From a virus (taxonomy: Duplodnaviria; Caudoviricetes), in IMG/VR virus record IMGVR_UViG_3300044691_000465, positions 1-62,874 of that record: a stretch of DNA of 62,874 bases. One strand, 5' to 3'. Shown here piece after piece: positions 1 through 10,338 of the stretch. Position numbers and translations under genes: made by a program. The notes beneath the pieces were generated by a model, which worked only from the letters and a program-made list of their open reading frames with translations, did not search any database and was not told the DNA's origin. How positions within the stretch are numbered: position 1 is the stretch's first letter; every line of letters starts with the position of its first letter.

Positions 1-7
1 CGTTAAG

Positions 8-457
8 TTGATGCGGCCGTACGATGCAATGGCGGTGGAGAACCGGGTACGCCCAGGCACTCCGGACGTCAATTATATTGGTGGCTGGGTGGAGCTGAAA
101 TGGCTTCGTCGTTGGCCCAAGAACAGTGAAGAGGCGCCGGTTAAGATCGAGCACTTCACACCACAACAGCGCGTCTGGTTGAAGACGCGTTGGATGCGAG
201 GTGGTCGCGCGTTCCTGCTGCTGCAGGCAGGCGGGACCGACTGGCTGCTTTTCGATGGCGTGACTGCAGCCTATGCGGTCGGCCGGGTACCACGTTCGAA
301 GCTGTACGCTTACGCGCTGGCAACCTGGAAAACTTTGAACGAACAGGAGTTACGAGAATGGCTAACGACGGATTTGAAGCGCCTTCCCCGGCAGAGACAA
401 TTTTTATCGACCGCGTACGACGAGAGCATACCCAGCGACAGGCCGCAAAGCGACTGA
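8..457 (+). CDS. PD-(D/E)XK nuclease, VRR-NUC/Holliday junction resolvase-like (5' end probably outside the window)
   Basis: ENRVRPGTPDVNYIGGWVELK motif (PD...ExK) and FTPQQRVWL; lies between polymerase and primase. Confidence 0.7.
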   Translation: MMRPYDAMAVENRVRPGTPDVNYIGGWVELKWLRRWPKNSEEAPVKIEHFTPQQRVWLKTRWMRGGRAFLLLQAGGTDWLLFDGVTAAYAVGRVPRSKLYAYALATWKTLNEQELREWLTTDLKRLPRQRQFLSTAYDESIPSDRPQSD

Positions 458-684
458 AGGTCGCGCTCGGTGTTTACTCCCAGATGGAGCTGGGTAAGGT
501 TCCCGCGAAGCGTGTCGCTATCGGGAAACTGGCGGCGCACGAGCGTTGCTTGTTGCAGCGCCGTAGGGCAGGTTACACGCAAGCTTCGGTCGCTGCCGAC
601 GTCGGCGTTTGCCGCTGGTGGTTGAACCGGATGGAACACGGCGAGATCGACTGCACACCCTTGAGTGCATACTGGGATCAATAA
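358..684 (+). CDS. XRE-family HTH protein with two tandem HTH units
   Basis: HTQRQAAKRLKVALGVYSQMELG and YTQASVAADVGVCRWWLNRMEHG; CAGGAG RBS before ATG 358. Confidence 0.75.
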   Translation: MANDGFEAPSPAETIFIDRVRREHTQRQAAKRLKVALGVYSQMELGKVPAKRVAIGKLAAHERCLLQRRRAGYTQASVAADVGVCRWWLNRMEHGEIDCTPLSAYWDQ

Positions 685-686
685 GC

Positions 687-3086
687 ATGGCTGTTACGCC
701 TAACGACCTTGATGCGCTTGACTTCCTCAAGAAGGTTTATCCGGATGGCCCGTGGGTTCTCACGGCCATCCGGACTGACCGCAAGGCCATCGACACCAAG
801 ACCTTTGGTCCCGCGACCGAGGAAGCGGCGCTCGCTTGGCTGAAGACGTTCAACGGCGACCGCAACATCTATTGGTCGACCAACCCACCAACGCGTGCGC
901 TCACCAAGAAGGCAGAGCGCGAAGATATCAAGGAGGTTGCCTACCTCCACGTGGACATTGATCCACGTGCAGGTGAAGACCTGGAGGCCGAACGCGTCCG
1001 CTGCTTGGCGCTGTTCACCGACAAGCTGCCTGCCAGCGTGCCGCCACCAACCGTGGTGCTGTTCAGCGGCGGAGGCTATCAGGCTTTCTGGAAACTTGAA
1101 GCACCAATTCCTGTCAATGGTGATCTGGCGCTCGCTGAAGACGCAAAGCGCTACAACCAGCAGCTGGAGCTCTTGTTCGGTGGCGACAACTGCCACAACA
1201 TCGACCGCATCATGCGTCTGCCGGGCACCATCAACGTGCCGGACGCCAAGAAGATCAAGAAGGGCCGCACGCCAACGTTGGCGAGGCTTATCAGCTTTGA
1301 CCCTGGGCTTGTGTACCCGCTCTCCAAGTTCACTCCGGCGCCGGTGGTGCAGATCAAGGACGCGAGTGGCTTCAGCGGAGGCACTGCCGCGCCGTCGATC
1401 AAGATCAGCGGCAACGTGGCGCGGCTTGACGATATCAACGAGCTGGACAAATGGGGCGTGCCCGATCGGGTGAAGGTTATTCTCGTTCAAGGCACGCACC
1501 CAGATGAGCCCAAGGTGGGCGACAACAGCCGCTCCATGTGGATATTCGACGCGGTCTGCCAGCTGCACCGCTGCGAGGTTCCAGACGAGGTTATCTTCTC
1601 AATCATTACGGACCCGGAGTTTGGTATCAGCGAGAGCGTGCTCGAGAAGGGCAACAACGCAGAGCGCTACGCCATTCGGCAGATAGAGCGCGCCAAGGAA
1701 GAGGCCGTTGACCCGTGGTTGCGCAAGCTAAACGAGAAGCATGCTGTTATCGCCAACACAGGCGGCAAGTGCCGTATCATTCAAGAGGTGCTGGACCCGT
1801 CACTAAAGCGCAGTCGGCTAACCCGCATGTCGTTTGAAGACTTTCGCAACAGCCTGATGCACCGGAACATCGACATCGGCAAAGACGAAAAGGGTCTGCC
1901 GAAGATGATGGAGGTGGGCAAGTGGTGGCTCAAGCATCCGCAGCGTCGGCAGTTCGACACCATCCTGTTTGCCCCGGAGCAGGAGGTTGGTGAGGACTGC
2001 TACAACCTCTGGAAGGGCTTCGCTGTTAATGCCATCCCAGGCGACTGCACGCTGTTCCTCGATCACACCAAGCGCAACGTGTGCGGGAGCAACGAAGAGG
2101 TGTACAACTTCCTCTTGGGTTGGATGGCGCGGTTGGTCCAGAAGCCAGCGAGCGTTGGCGAAGTGGCTGTGGTGTTGCGTGGAGGTAAGGGCGTTGGCAA
2201 ATCATTCTTCGCGAAGCAGCTTGGCTCGCTTTTTGGGCGCCATTTTCTGCACATCAGTAACCCAAGCCATCTCGTCGGAAACTTCAACGCGCACTTACGC
2301 GACGTTATTCTGCTGTTCGCGGATGAGGCTTTCTATGCTGGGGACCGCAAGCATGCAAGCATTCTCAAAACTCTCATCACTGAAGAGACAATTCAGATCG
2401 AGGCTAAAGGAGTGGACGTCGAGAGCGCACCGAATTATGTGCATCTCATTATGGCTTCTAATGATGACCACGTTGTTCCTGCTTCTGGTGATGAGCGGCG
2501 TTATCTCGTACTGGACGTTGGCACTGAGAAACAGCAGCAGTCCGCCTACTTCAAAGCGATAGACGAGCAGATGGAGAAGGGCGGCCGCGAGGCGCTGCTT
2601 CACCTGCTGCGCACCATGGACCTGTCCGATTACGATCACCGCACCGTGCCGCAGACCGCCGCGCTGCGTGAGCAGAAAGAGCTGAGCCTGGGCAGCGAGG
2701 AAGACTGGTGGTATCACAAGCTGCAGGACGGCGTTATATTCGAGCAAGACCGCGAGTGGCCAGTCGACGTGCGCAAGGAGCAGCTGTACGAAGATTATAA
2801 TCAGTACACCAAGCGCTGGAACGTAACACGGCGAGGCAACCAGACTTCGCTTGGGCGTTTCATGTCGAAGTACTGCCCAAAGCTGGACGTGATCCAACGG
2901 CTGGCAACCTATACGGAGATGGACGAGCGCGGCTTCACCCGTGAGATCAAGAAGCGCGCCTACTTTTGGATGCTCCCAACGCTGCAGGAGGCCCGTGACC
3001 GTTGGGACGAGGTGCACGGCAAGCAGCGCTGGAAACATTTCACGCAGCTGAGCCTGAAAGACGAAACTGACAAGCCTCCGTTCTAA
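687..3086 (+). CDS. Primase-helicase: RepB-type AEP primase N-terminus plus D5/SF3-like P-loop helicase
   Basis: LHVDID, SGGGYQAFWKL and DRIMRLPGTIN primase motifs; Walker A GGKGVGKS, Walker B LLFADE, ASN and ERRY. Confidence 0.88.
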   Translation: MAVTPNDLDALDFLKKVYPDGPWVLTAIRTDRKAIDTKTFGPATEEAALAWLKTFNGDRNIYWSTNPPTRALTKKAEREDIKEVAYLHVDIDPRAGEDLEAERVRCLALFTDKLPASVPPPTVVLFSGGGYQAFWKLEAPIPVNGDLALAEDAKRYNQQLELLFGGDNCHNIDRIMRLPGTINVPDAKKIKKGRTPTLARLISFDPGLVYPLSKFTPAPVVQIKDASGFSGGTAAPSIKISGNVARLDDINELDKWGVPDRVKVILVQGTHPDEPKVGDNSRSMWIFDAVCQLHRCEVPDEVIFSIITDPEFGISESVLEKGNNAERYAIRQIERAKEEAVDPWLRKLNEKHAVIANTGGKCRIIQEVLDPSLKRSRLTRMSFEDFRNSLMHRNIDIGKDEKGLPKMMEVGKWWLKHPQRRQFDTILFAPEQEVGEDCYNLWKGFAVNAIPGDCTLFLDHTKRNVCGSNEEVYNFLLGWMARLVQKPASVGEVAVVLRGGKGVGKSFFAKQLGSLFGRHFLHISNPSHLVGNFNAHLRDVILLFADEAFYAGDRKHASILKTLITEETIQIEAKGVDVESAPNYVHLIMASNDDHVVPASGDERRYLVLDVGTEKQQQSAYFKAIDEQMEKGGREALLHLLRTMDLSDYDHRTVPQTAALREQKELSLGSEEDWWYHKLQDGVIFEQDREWPVDVRKEQLYEDYNQYTKRWNVTRRGNQTSLGRFMSKYCPKLDVIQRLATYTEMDERGFTREIKKRAYFWMLPTLQEARDRWDEVHGKQRWKHFTQLSLKDETDKPPF

Positions 3087-3132
3087 CCCGTGTTTTAACG
3101 GGCTTGTCTTTTGACTTCGGACGGTGCAGGCT
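3087..3132 (+). promoter_or_regulatory. CCCGT/ACGGG hairpin after the primase, overlapping a sigma70-like promoter (-35 TTGTCT 3104-3109, -10 CAGGCT 3127-3132)
   Basis: TTGTCTTTTGACTTCGGACGGTG is a near copy of the 3379 promoter TTGTCTTCTGCCGTCGGACGGCG. Confidence 0.5.
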
Positions 3133-3161
3133 GGGCGACTCAGAAACCAAAGGGGCTTTCA

Positions 3162-3338
3162 ATGATCCGCGCGGGCTGCAAGTTCACCCATAAAGAGACC
3201 GGCCGAGTTATGTCAATCACTGGCTGCTACGAGGGCCATGGCCCCGACGACCCTTCCGGCTATTATTATGTCTTTGACGACGCGGAGTGCCCGGCCTTTT
3301 GGATTTCCACCAGCGCGCTCGCCGTCCGGTTCCGTTAA
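3162..3338 (+). CDS. Hypothetical early protein
   Basis: Short ORF with AAGGGG RBS downstream of a promoter. Confidence 0.55.
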   Translation: MIRAGCKFTHKETGRVMSITGCYEGHGPDDPSGYYYVFDDAECPAFWISTSALAVRFR

Positions 3339-3430
3339 CCACCCATTAACCATCCTGTCAAGCCGCTAAAACTGGCTGTTGTCTTCTGCCGTCGGACGGC
3401 GCTATGCTACCGTACGATCAGAAAAGGAGT
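3335..3430 (+). promoter_or_regulatory. CtrA-type box TTAA-N7-TTAAC (3335-3350), promoter TTGTCT...TATGCT (3379-3408) and RBS AGAAAAGGAG
   Basis: TTAACCACCCATTAAC read directly; same layout recurs at other early promoters. Confidence 0.7.
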
Positions 3431-3436
3431 TTGGTT

Positions 3437-3682
3437 ATGACACGGTATGTCAAGCGGATGCGCGTTACCATCGAAATCGAAATGGACAACACGTCCGCGA
3501 TGTTTAACCGCTCGTTGTTCAATGAGCATACCCTCCGCGCGGTCGACGCGTTCAAGAAGGTCATGGTGTCCCCGGTTGTTTACGTTGCAACGGAGGAATG
3601 CCTGGACCCTTCGGACGAGATCGTAACCCGCGCGGTCCATGAGAACCGGCAGCTTGCCCCTGAAATCACAGTCGTCTCGTGA
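3437..3682 (+). CDS. Hypothetical early protein
   Basis: Strong RBS AGAAAAGGAG before ATG. Confidence 0.7.
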   Translation: MTRYVKRMRVTIEIEMDNTSAMFNRSLFNEHTLRAVDAFKKVMVSPVVYVATEECLDPSDEIVTRAVHENRQLAPEITVVS

Positions 3683-4548
3683 GCATCATGGAAACCGCCA
3701 TTCACTGTTTTGAGAAGGCTGGCCTTGGCCGCGCTCCGTTCCGGTGTACGGACCTGTACAGCCTGCCCTCGCCTTCGTTAGCCGAGCACAACCCAACGGC
3801 CTACAACAACGCGCTCGCCGCGTTGCCCAGGGGCCTCTCGCTGGGCTCATGCGCCTTCTGTGGCACGGCCATCATGCACAATTTCGTGATCGAAGACGCC
3901 ACGGGCAAGCGGCGCTTCGTGGTTGGTTCCGACTGTGTGGCCCGCACGGGCGACGCTGGCCTGATCAAAAAGGTCCGCGCGGTTCGGTTGGCTGCAGCCC
4001 AAGAGAAGCGCGCTGCCAAGCGCAATATGAAGGCCAGCGAGCGTGCAGCAGCGTGGGCGGCCGAACGTGAAGCGCGCCGTGCCGAGTTTCTGGTGGCGCA
4101 CGCGGACCTGATCAAGGCGGCCGAACCTTTCATGGCCGACGGCGGTTTCATTCACGACGTTATGGAGCGCGGACTGTCTGGTGGTTATGTCAGCGACAAG
4201 GCGCTGGACGCGGTGGAGCGCACCATTGCCAACCTGTCCGAGCGCTTTCGCCTCCGCGCACTCTCGCGCCACGTCGGCACGGTTGGCGCCCGGCAGACCT
4301 TTAAGGTTACGGTGGAACGGATTGCGAGCTTCACGCGTCCGTCGTTCGGTGGTGGCTACGGCGCCAACGCCTACGAAACGGTTTGGATCATCACAATGAG
4401 AGACGAGGCAGGCAACGCGATCGTTAGCAAGTCGGCCTCGTTCCACGCGGAGAAGGGCAAGGCCTTGACAATCAAGGCGACTGTCAAAGAACACTCGGTC
4501 TATCAGGACGAGCAGCAGACCCTGGTGCAACGGATAAAGGTGAATTGA
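3679..4548 (+). CDS. Hypothetical protein with N-terminal Zn-binding motif, coiled coil and C-terminal OB-fold-like region
   Basis: CAFCG...VGSDC; beta-rich C-terminus ending QTLVQRIK. Confidence 0.6.
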   Translation: MSIMETAIHCFEKAGLGRAPFRCTDLYSLPSPSLAEHNPTAYNNALAALPRGLSLGSCAFCGTAIMHNFVIEDATGKRRFVVGSDCVARTGDAGLIKKVRAVRLAAAQEKRAAKRNMKASERAAAWAAEREARRAEFLVAHADLIKAAEPFMADGGFIHDVMERGLSGGYVSDKALDAVERTIANLSERFRLRALSRHVGTVGARQTFKVTVERIASFTRPSFGGGYGANAYETVWIITMRDEAGNAIVSKSASFHAEKGKALTIKATVKEHSVYQDEQQTLVQRIKVN

Positions 4549-4549
4549 G

Positions 4550-4756
4550 ATGGGCAAGGCGTGGAACAGTGGAACGAAGAAGCCGTTCGCTTCCAAACTG
4601 ATTATCTACCGCTGCTACAACGATGCAGCAGGCCTGTTCGAATATTTCGAGCACGGTGAAGACAACAGGCGACCGCAGATCGCGCGGTCGAACGCGGAAC
4701 ACCAAGTGTGCAGCGGTGCAGCGCGCTACGTCGACGTCAACAGGATTGTGTCATGA
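4550..4756 (+). CDS. Hypothetical protein
   Basis: Tightly packed ORF in the operon. Confidence 0.45.
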   Translation: MGKAWNSGTKKPFASKLIIYRCYNDAAGLFEYFEHGEDNRRPQIARSNAEHQVCSGAARYVDVNRIVS

Positions 4757-4959
4757 GCCGCTGGACCGTAACCGTGGAAGGCCGTTGCCTTGGTCCCAAA
4801 TATTTTGGGCGGATATGCAAGGTCGCGTTTTTGCATCGTGACACGATGCAGGAGGCCATCGAGGCGATGGATGCGGAACCGGCAGTCGGTGAAACTTACA
4901 CCGATCTGGAGCAGTACAAGTTTGAAGTAACCAGAAAATGGATTGATCAAAATGACTAA
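4753..4959 (+). CDS. Hypothetical protein
   Basis: ATGA overlap with the previous ORF. Confidence 0.5.
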   Translation: MSRWTVTVEGRCLGPKYFGRICKVAFLHRDTMQEAIEAMDAEPAVGETYTDLEQYKFEVTRKWIDQND

Positions 4960-5590
4960 CGCGCACACAACCCGCGAGGGCTGGCTTGTTGCCGCCATGG
5001 CGATGCTGGACGCCAAGTATTTCGACGGCCGGGGTTACACGCTTCCGGAGAAGCGCAGCTGCTCGTGCGGCTTTCCGAAGGGTGGCTGGGGCCACTCCAT
5101 TGGGCAGTGTTGGGGGCCTGAGACTTCGACTGATGGCACTATCAATATGTTTGTGTGCCCAACGCAGGACAACCCAATCCGCGTGCTGGACATTCTGCTT
5201 CACGAGCTTATTCATGCCCAGGTGGGTGTGGTTGTTGGCCACAAGAAGCCGTTCAAGAAGATGGCGCGCGAGTTTGGCCTGGAGGGCAAGGCAACAGCGA
5301 CCTACGCCACCGAAGGCACGCCGCTGTGGCTGGAGCTCTCGCACATCAGCGAGCAGCTTGGCCCGTACCCGCACAAGGCGATGCAGCCAATTAAAAAGAC
5401 CAAGGAGCGCGGCTCCATGGGTGGCTGGGTGCGGCTTCAGTCGCCGACTGAAGAAACTTATAAGGTGCTGGTGTCACCGAAGATGCTGGACGAGCATGGC
5501 GTGCCGCTGGACCCTTGGGGCGACAGGATGGAGCCGGTGGAAGGCTCCGCGTGGCAACCTGGAGGCGACGATGATGCTGACGGCGAGTGA
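4952..5590 (+). CDS. SprT-like zinc metalloprotease domain protein
   Basis: ILLHELIH (HExxH) followed by GHKKPF. Confidence 0.7.
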   Translation: MTNAHTTREGWLVAAMAMLDAKYFDGRGYTLPEKRSCSCGFPKGGWGHSIGQCWGPETSTDGTINMFVCPTQDNPIRVLDILLHELIHAQVGVVVGHKKPFKKMAREFGLEGKATATYATEGTPLWLELSHISEQLGPYPHKAMQPIKKTKERGSMGGWVRLQSPTEETYKVLVSPKMLDEHGVPLDPWGDRMEPVEGSAWQPGGDDDADGE

Positions 5591-5825
5591 GCGAGAGCAG
5601 TTCGATCAGTTACATGCTTACTGGCATGCTAGGCGGGAGCACGCTTACCGGCTTCGACTTGAACATTTAACGTACAAGGCGATTGGACAACGACTTGGCA
5701 TAGGCAAAAATCAAGCCAGACAGCAATGTCTTAAAGAGGCGCGTATAATCAAGTATCGACTTGATAGAGCAATAAAGGGTTACGACGATGCAAGGGATGA
5801 AGGTTTGGGTGGTGCACCGTATTGA
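5571..5825 (+). CDS. Small HTH (sigma region 4-like) protein
   Basis: LTYKAIGQRLGIGKNQARQ; GGAGG RBS. Confidence 0.6.
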   Translation: MMLTASEREQFDQLHAYWHARREHAYRLRLEHLTYKAIGQRLGIGKNQARQQCLKEARIIKYRLDRAIKGYDDARDEGLGGAPY

Positions 5826-6780
5826 CAGCGACGACGATGTTTATACCTTCATCCACTCCTATCAATCGCACAACAACGCGGTGCAGGCCATCGAGAAGCA
5901 CGCGCGCCACGTTCGCCTGGAATGGAACGATGCCATGAACGAGGCCAGCGCCAAGGGCAACGTGTACTATATAACTGAGACGGAGCTACAATGAAATACG
6001 ACGTTCATGCTACGGTGCATCTGAACCTGCCAGACATTGACAAGTCCGGCGCCAGCTATCTGGCCGTGCTTATCAAGCACGAATTTGGAGACAACTTTAC
6101 TGGCTACGCGGCGCTGGTGCAGCTGGGAGCTCGGCCACAGCATCGCCTTTACGAGAAGGCGCGCAACGTGAAGGCGCAACGCGTCGCCGCGCTTGGCGTG
6201 AAGCTTACCTTTGGGCAAGCCCAGGCACACTGGCCCGCCATCAAACTGAGCCAATACGTATGAAGACAATTCATGGACGGGACGTCGTTCCGCTAATGCG
6301 AGCGACACGCACGGAATTGGTGACTGCTTGGCAGAAGCTTTTCCGGCAGAGTGCACCTGCACAATCCTCCGCGCTTCAGTTGCGGAATACATTAGTGGCC
6401 GCAACCAGTCTCTTGCGGTTGGACTTTGAGATAGCACGGCAAAGGGGCTTTGCCATTGAGGGAGAAACCGTACGATGAAGACCGTGAAATTGATTGGTAC
6501 ACCGCTTGTCATAGCGCGCAGTATCAGCGAGGTGCTGACCCACCATCGCGCGTTGCATGATGCCTGGGAAGAAAAGGTCAACCGCGAAAAGGAGCTGTTG
6601 TTCAGCAATTGCAACGCGGAGATGGCAAAGCTGCTCCAAGCACTGGCGGTCGCCACCGGCCTTGAGATGGGCGAGGCCAAACTGGACCTGCGCTACATTG
6701 ATGATCACGACGTGGCCTTTGTCGTCTTTGAAGAAGACGGCGACGATGCCGAGTTGCCTGCCGCACCGGGCGAGCACTAA
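5797..6780 (+). other. Four overlapping small hypothetical ORFs (5797-5994, 5991-6263, 6260-6478, 6475-6780)
   Basis: Chain of ATGA start/stop overlaps. Confidence 0.55.
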
Positions 6781-6781
6781 C

Positions 6782-7171
6782 ATGGCTGAAACGCAGCAAT
6801 CAATTTGCCGGTGGGGCGTTGACACCTTTGGTGTTGGCTCTGCGCTGGCGACCGCGACCCGCATGAACGTGGAGGTTGCTGAGTTGCTTTCCGATCTGGG
6901 TGGCCACCAAGACCAGCTGCTCAGCGACTTGCTTACCGCGAACAATAGCATTGCGGAAGCGCTTTCTAACCGCGCAAACTGGCTTGAAGGGCAAGGCCTG
7001 TTAGCAGATCGAACACCGAACGGTAAAGAGTGCGCTGATATTCAAGTGGTGCTCTATCAGGTGGCAGAACGCTGCAACGTTATTCTCCACGAAGCTACCG
7101 ACGAAAAGATGGCCGTCAACCGCGCTCGCCAGTGGAAACTGACGCGTGGTGGTAGGTTCCAGCATACATAA
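6782..7171 (+). CDS. MazG-like (dATP/dGTP-type) nucleotide pyrophosphohydrolase
   Basis: W..DTFG, EVAEL, KECADI and KMAVNRARQW motifs. Confidence 0.75.
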   Translation: MAETQQSICRWGVDTFGVGSALATATRMNVEVAELLSDLGGHQDQLLSDLLTANNSIAEALSNRANWLEGQGLLADRTPNGKECADIQVVLYQVAERCNVILHEATDEKMAVNRARQWKLTRGGRFQHT

Positions 7172-7201
7172 CTTTCATGTTTTCAGAAAAGGACAGCGGG
7201 A

Positions 7202-7462
7202 ATGGTAACCGATAAAGAGGTGGTGAGCCTCGGAAAAATACGCGCCGACAAAAGCGGCGAAGCTGCACACTGGTCGCCACGCGACGCGATCAATGAGATG
7301 CTCCAGATGCTGGACGCAGGCCTCAATTGCACCAGCCTGATCATTTGCTATGATGGCATCAATGGCTCAGGGTGCAAGAACGCAACCAAGTCTGTTATGG
7401 AAGCGATCGGCCTGCTGCAGGTAACGCAGCTGTCCATCTATGAGGCCGGTCGTGAAGCCTGA
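7202..7462 (+). CDS. Hypothetical protein
   Basis: CAGAAAAGGA RBS upstream. Confidence 0.6.
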   Translation: MVTDKEVVSLGKIRADKSGEAAHWSPRDAINEMLQMLDAGLNCTSLIICYDGINGSGCKNATKSVMEAIGLLQVTQLSIYEAGREA

Positions 7463-7814
7463 TCACTACAACCCGGATACTTCGCATAAGTTTTTCCCTG
7501 CGAACGAAAATCCGCCTAAGCCACAACGCCAGCCACGCGTGCACCGTGTCAAGTCGTGGGTGCCGTTCTTCCAGGCTATCAAGCGAGGCGACAAGACGCA
7601 CGACCTGCGCAAAGACGATCGTGGCTACAACGTTGGCGACCAGCTGGTGTTGTCCGAGTACGACCAGACGACCGGCCGCTATACAGGCGACCGCTTTATC
7701 GTTGACATAACCTTTATCACCGACCGGCGGACGCCTTGCGCGTTTTCCAGCGCGGTGCTGCCACCGGAATACTGCATTCTATCAATCCAGAAAAGGAAGT
7801 CATCATGGACGTGA
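7452..7814 (+). CDS. DUF3850/ASCH (PUA-like) domain protein
   Basis: HRVKSWVPFFQAIKRGDKTHDLRKDDRGYNVGDQLVLSEYD. Confidence 0.8.
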   Translation: MKPDHYNPDTSHKFFPANENPPKPQRQPRVHRVKSWVPFFQAIKRGDKTHDLRKDDRGYNVGDQLVLSEYDQTTGRYTGDRFIVDITFITDRRTPCAFSSAVLPPEYCILSIQKRKSSWT

Positions 7815-8335
7815 TGCTCGACTTGGAGACGTTCGCCACCACGCCGGACGCGGCCATTGTGCAGATCGGTGCCTGCACCTTCGACCCGCGCACGCAGGAT
7901 GGTACGCGCGATCGGTTCTGCTGCAACGTGAACCTCGCCTCAAGCGTGCTGCTTGGGCTTAGGGTGGACCCGGCAACGTTGGACTGGTGGAGCAAGCGCG
8001 ACTACAACCACCTCATTCTGGGCACCGTGTCGCTTGGGCAAGCGCTGTTCGACTTCACCACGTGGTTCCATAAGCACACGACGGCCGACACGTTCGTCTG
8101 GAGCCATGGTGCCTCGTTCGATGTGCCTGTGTTGGCGCTAAGCTATGCCAAGATTGGTGAACCGGCGCCTTGGCACTACCGGCAGGTCCGTGACACGCGT
8201 ACCTTCTTCGCTGTGGCCGAAGACTTCGGTTGGATGAAGCCCAAGAGCGGAGAGCCTGCACACCAAGCGTTGCAAGATGCGGTGCAGCAGGCACACGACG
8301 TGCAGAGCGCGGCGAGCGTGGTGTACCGGCCATGA
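7805..8335 (+). CDS. DEDDh 3'-5' exonuclease (Rv2179c/ExoVIII N-domain-like)
   Basis: DVMLDLET, WSHGASFD, RDTRT and HQALQDA motifs. Confidence 0.85.
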   Translation: MDVMLDLETFATTPDAAIVQIGACTFDPRTQDGTRDRFCCNVNLASSVLLGLRVDPATLDWWSKRDYNHLILGTVSLGQALFDFTTWFHKHTTADTFVWSHGASFDVPVLALSYAKIGEPAPWHYRQVRDTRTFFAVAEDFGWMKPKSGEPAHQALQDAVQQAHDVQSAASVVYRP

Positions 8336-9050
8336 GCGAGGAACCGAAGGGCTGCAGGCTGGTTTCCATGCATCCTATGCGCAGGCACGAGAAGGCTTTG
8401 CGGGAGCGACACCTGCAACTCGATCTTGATTTCTGGCAGGGCATTGCGCAAGACCAGCACGATGCTTTTGAGAAGCTGATCGGCGACCTGGAGAAGTTTG
8501 GCACACCTGTCAAGCTCGTGTTCGGCGACGTGTCCGTGATCTGCACGAAGTGGCCACTGCCATGAAAAAACCGCTGGACCCTATGCTGCTCGGCATGATT
8601 GGCTTTATTGCCTTTCCGTTCATCATGCTGGCGGTTGTCATGCTCATTTCTCCGTTCATGAATTGGCTGAACGGCTACGGTTTCACATGGATATTCTAAT
8701 GTCACATGAACGCGACCTGTTCTATCTCAAATCAATCCACGGCATGCTCAAGCAACTTCGTGATGGTGTGGCCTTCAGCCGCTACAGAAGCCTATTGGGT
8801 GAAATGGTGTTGTGCGACAACATCGACTGGCTCGACTGTTATATTGCAAAACAGGAGAAGTCAGATGGTGGAATTGCCAAACCCATGGATGACAAACCGG
8901 CGCTTTGAGCTAACCCCGGAAATCGAAGACAAACTCTACTGGCAGATTATCGAACCGCCCTTGTTCCTGAGTAACCCGCGTCAAGAGTTTTTGGAGAGTT
9001 GCGATGAGAATATACCTGGCAGGCCCCTTGTTCACCTGGGGCGAGCGTGA
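8332..9050 (+). other. Small hypothetical ORFs (8332-8565, 8562-8699 hydrophobic, 8699-8908, 8865-9050)
   Basis: Overlapping start/stop codons; 8562-8699 encodes one TM-like stretch. Confidence 0.45.
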
Positions 9051-9435
9051 ACAGAACATCCACATGGCCGCAGAGCTCCGGCGCTTGGGCCATGAGGTGT
9101 TCTTGCCGCAGGAGAACGAGCAGCGGCCTGCAACTGCGGTCAACATCTTCAACAGCGACGTTGGCGGTATGGATTGGGCCAACGTGTGTGTGGCCTGCAT
9201 GGACGGTCCAGACCCGGACAGCGGTACCGCGTTCGAGCTCGGCTACATGTACGCCCAGAAGAAGCCTTCTGTGATCTACCGATCGGACTTCCGTTCGGCG
9301 TGTGGCGAGTACCTTGGGCACATGGTCAACCTGATGTTGGCCGTGCCTGCCACGGTGGAAATTCATAACGGCTTTGTTGGCCCAGAGTTTCTGGCGCAGA
9401 AGATACACGACGTGCTGATTAGCTGGTCATGCTGA
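9004..9435 (+). CDS. Nucleoside 2-deoxyribosyltransferase / nucleotide N-glycosidase (NDT/Rcl family)
   Basis: IYLAGPLF, FLPQE and DGPDPDSGTAFELGY. Confidence 0.85.
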   Translation: MRIYLAGPLFTWGEREQNIHMAAELRRLGHEVFLPQENEQRPATAVNIFNSDVGGMDWANVCVACMDGPDPDSGTAFELGYMYAQKKPSVIYRSDFRSACGEYLGHMVNLMLAVPATVEIHNGFVGPEFLAQKIHDVLISWSC

Positions 9436-9677
9436 CCAACTGGCAGACGCACATGCGAGTGCTGGCGGAGACGGCAGCACATGATCTTGAAGGCACGCCC
9501 AAGAGCCTGCACGAGCTGGGCGTGACAATTGTGGCCGCGCAAGACGACAAGACGTTCTGTGCACGGCTTGATGAGCTGGTGTTTGAATGCGCCGTGTGCG
9601 GCTGGTGGTGCAGCATGGACGAGGCCAATGACACAGATGGAGGGGAATATGCCTGCACCGATTGTTCCGACGTGTGA
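9429..9677 (+). CDS. Small Zn-ribbon protein
   Basis: CAVCGWWC...CTDC. Confidence 0.55.
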   Translation: MLTNWQTHMRVLAETAAHDLEGTPKSLHELGVTIVAAQDDKTFCARLDELVFECAVCGWWCSMDEANDTDGGEYACTDCSDV

Positions 9678-10338
9678 GTGTTGCAGCCCAACTGCCGACG
9701 ACGCGCGTGAGCGGTGGACGTTTGCTGCGGCGCACGAGGCAGAGCAGCGAGCGCTCCGGCGCCGGTTCGCGCATTCAACCAGGATGAGCGACTGCTGGGC
9801 AAACCTGGACGCGGCCATGGCACAATGCGCGCGCATGGAAGCTGCAGGTGAATAAGCGTGGCATACGGTTCGCTTGGTTGCCAGAGCTGACTATGGCGGG
9901 CGAGGTGGTGTGGCTTGAATGGGTGCACTTCGACGGCGAGCGGTTGGCGCGTTGGATACCGCAAGCCCGTTACGATCGCGGCGAGCGCGCACAGGAGGCG
10001 TTCTATGATAAAGCCAAATGATTTCATATCTGGCATGCTGCTGGTCGCCGTGTTCTTCGTGATCGCGCCGCTTGCCATTTGCCTACTCGGTGCACTCGGT
10101 GCGTTCCAGTGACAGGTAGCGAGCTCGCCCAGGGGCTTGTGGTGTGCATGGTGCAGCCACCTCCAATGGACGCTCGCCCGCGCCTCGCTGCCCTCGCTAA
10201 GACCGGCAGGGGCATATCGCTGCGGTACGAATGGATCAAGGATTATGCCGCCTTTAATTCGCTTTGTTTAGCAGGCAATTGGGAGCTGTCCGATGGGGCG
10301 GAGTGGATAACCCTGTGGCGGTTGGCAGAAACTAATGA

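Noticed and set aside
358-684. XRE protein as evidence of a temperate lifestyle
   Set aside because: No integrase, partition genes or divergent cI/cro switch seen; the gene is embedded in the replication operon. A short unseen part of the genome remains a caveat
3083-3099. CTAA-N8-TTAAC as another CtrA box
   Set aside because: Wrong spacing and explained by the primase stop plus a hairpin
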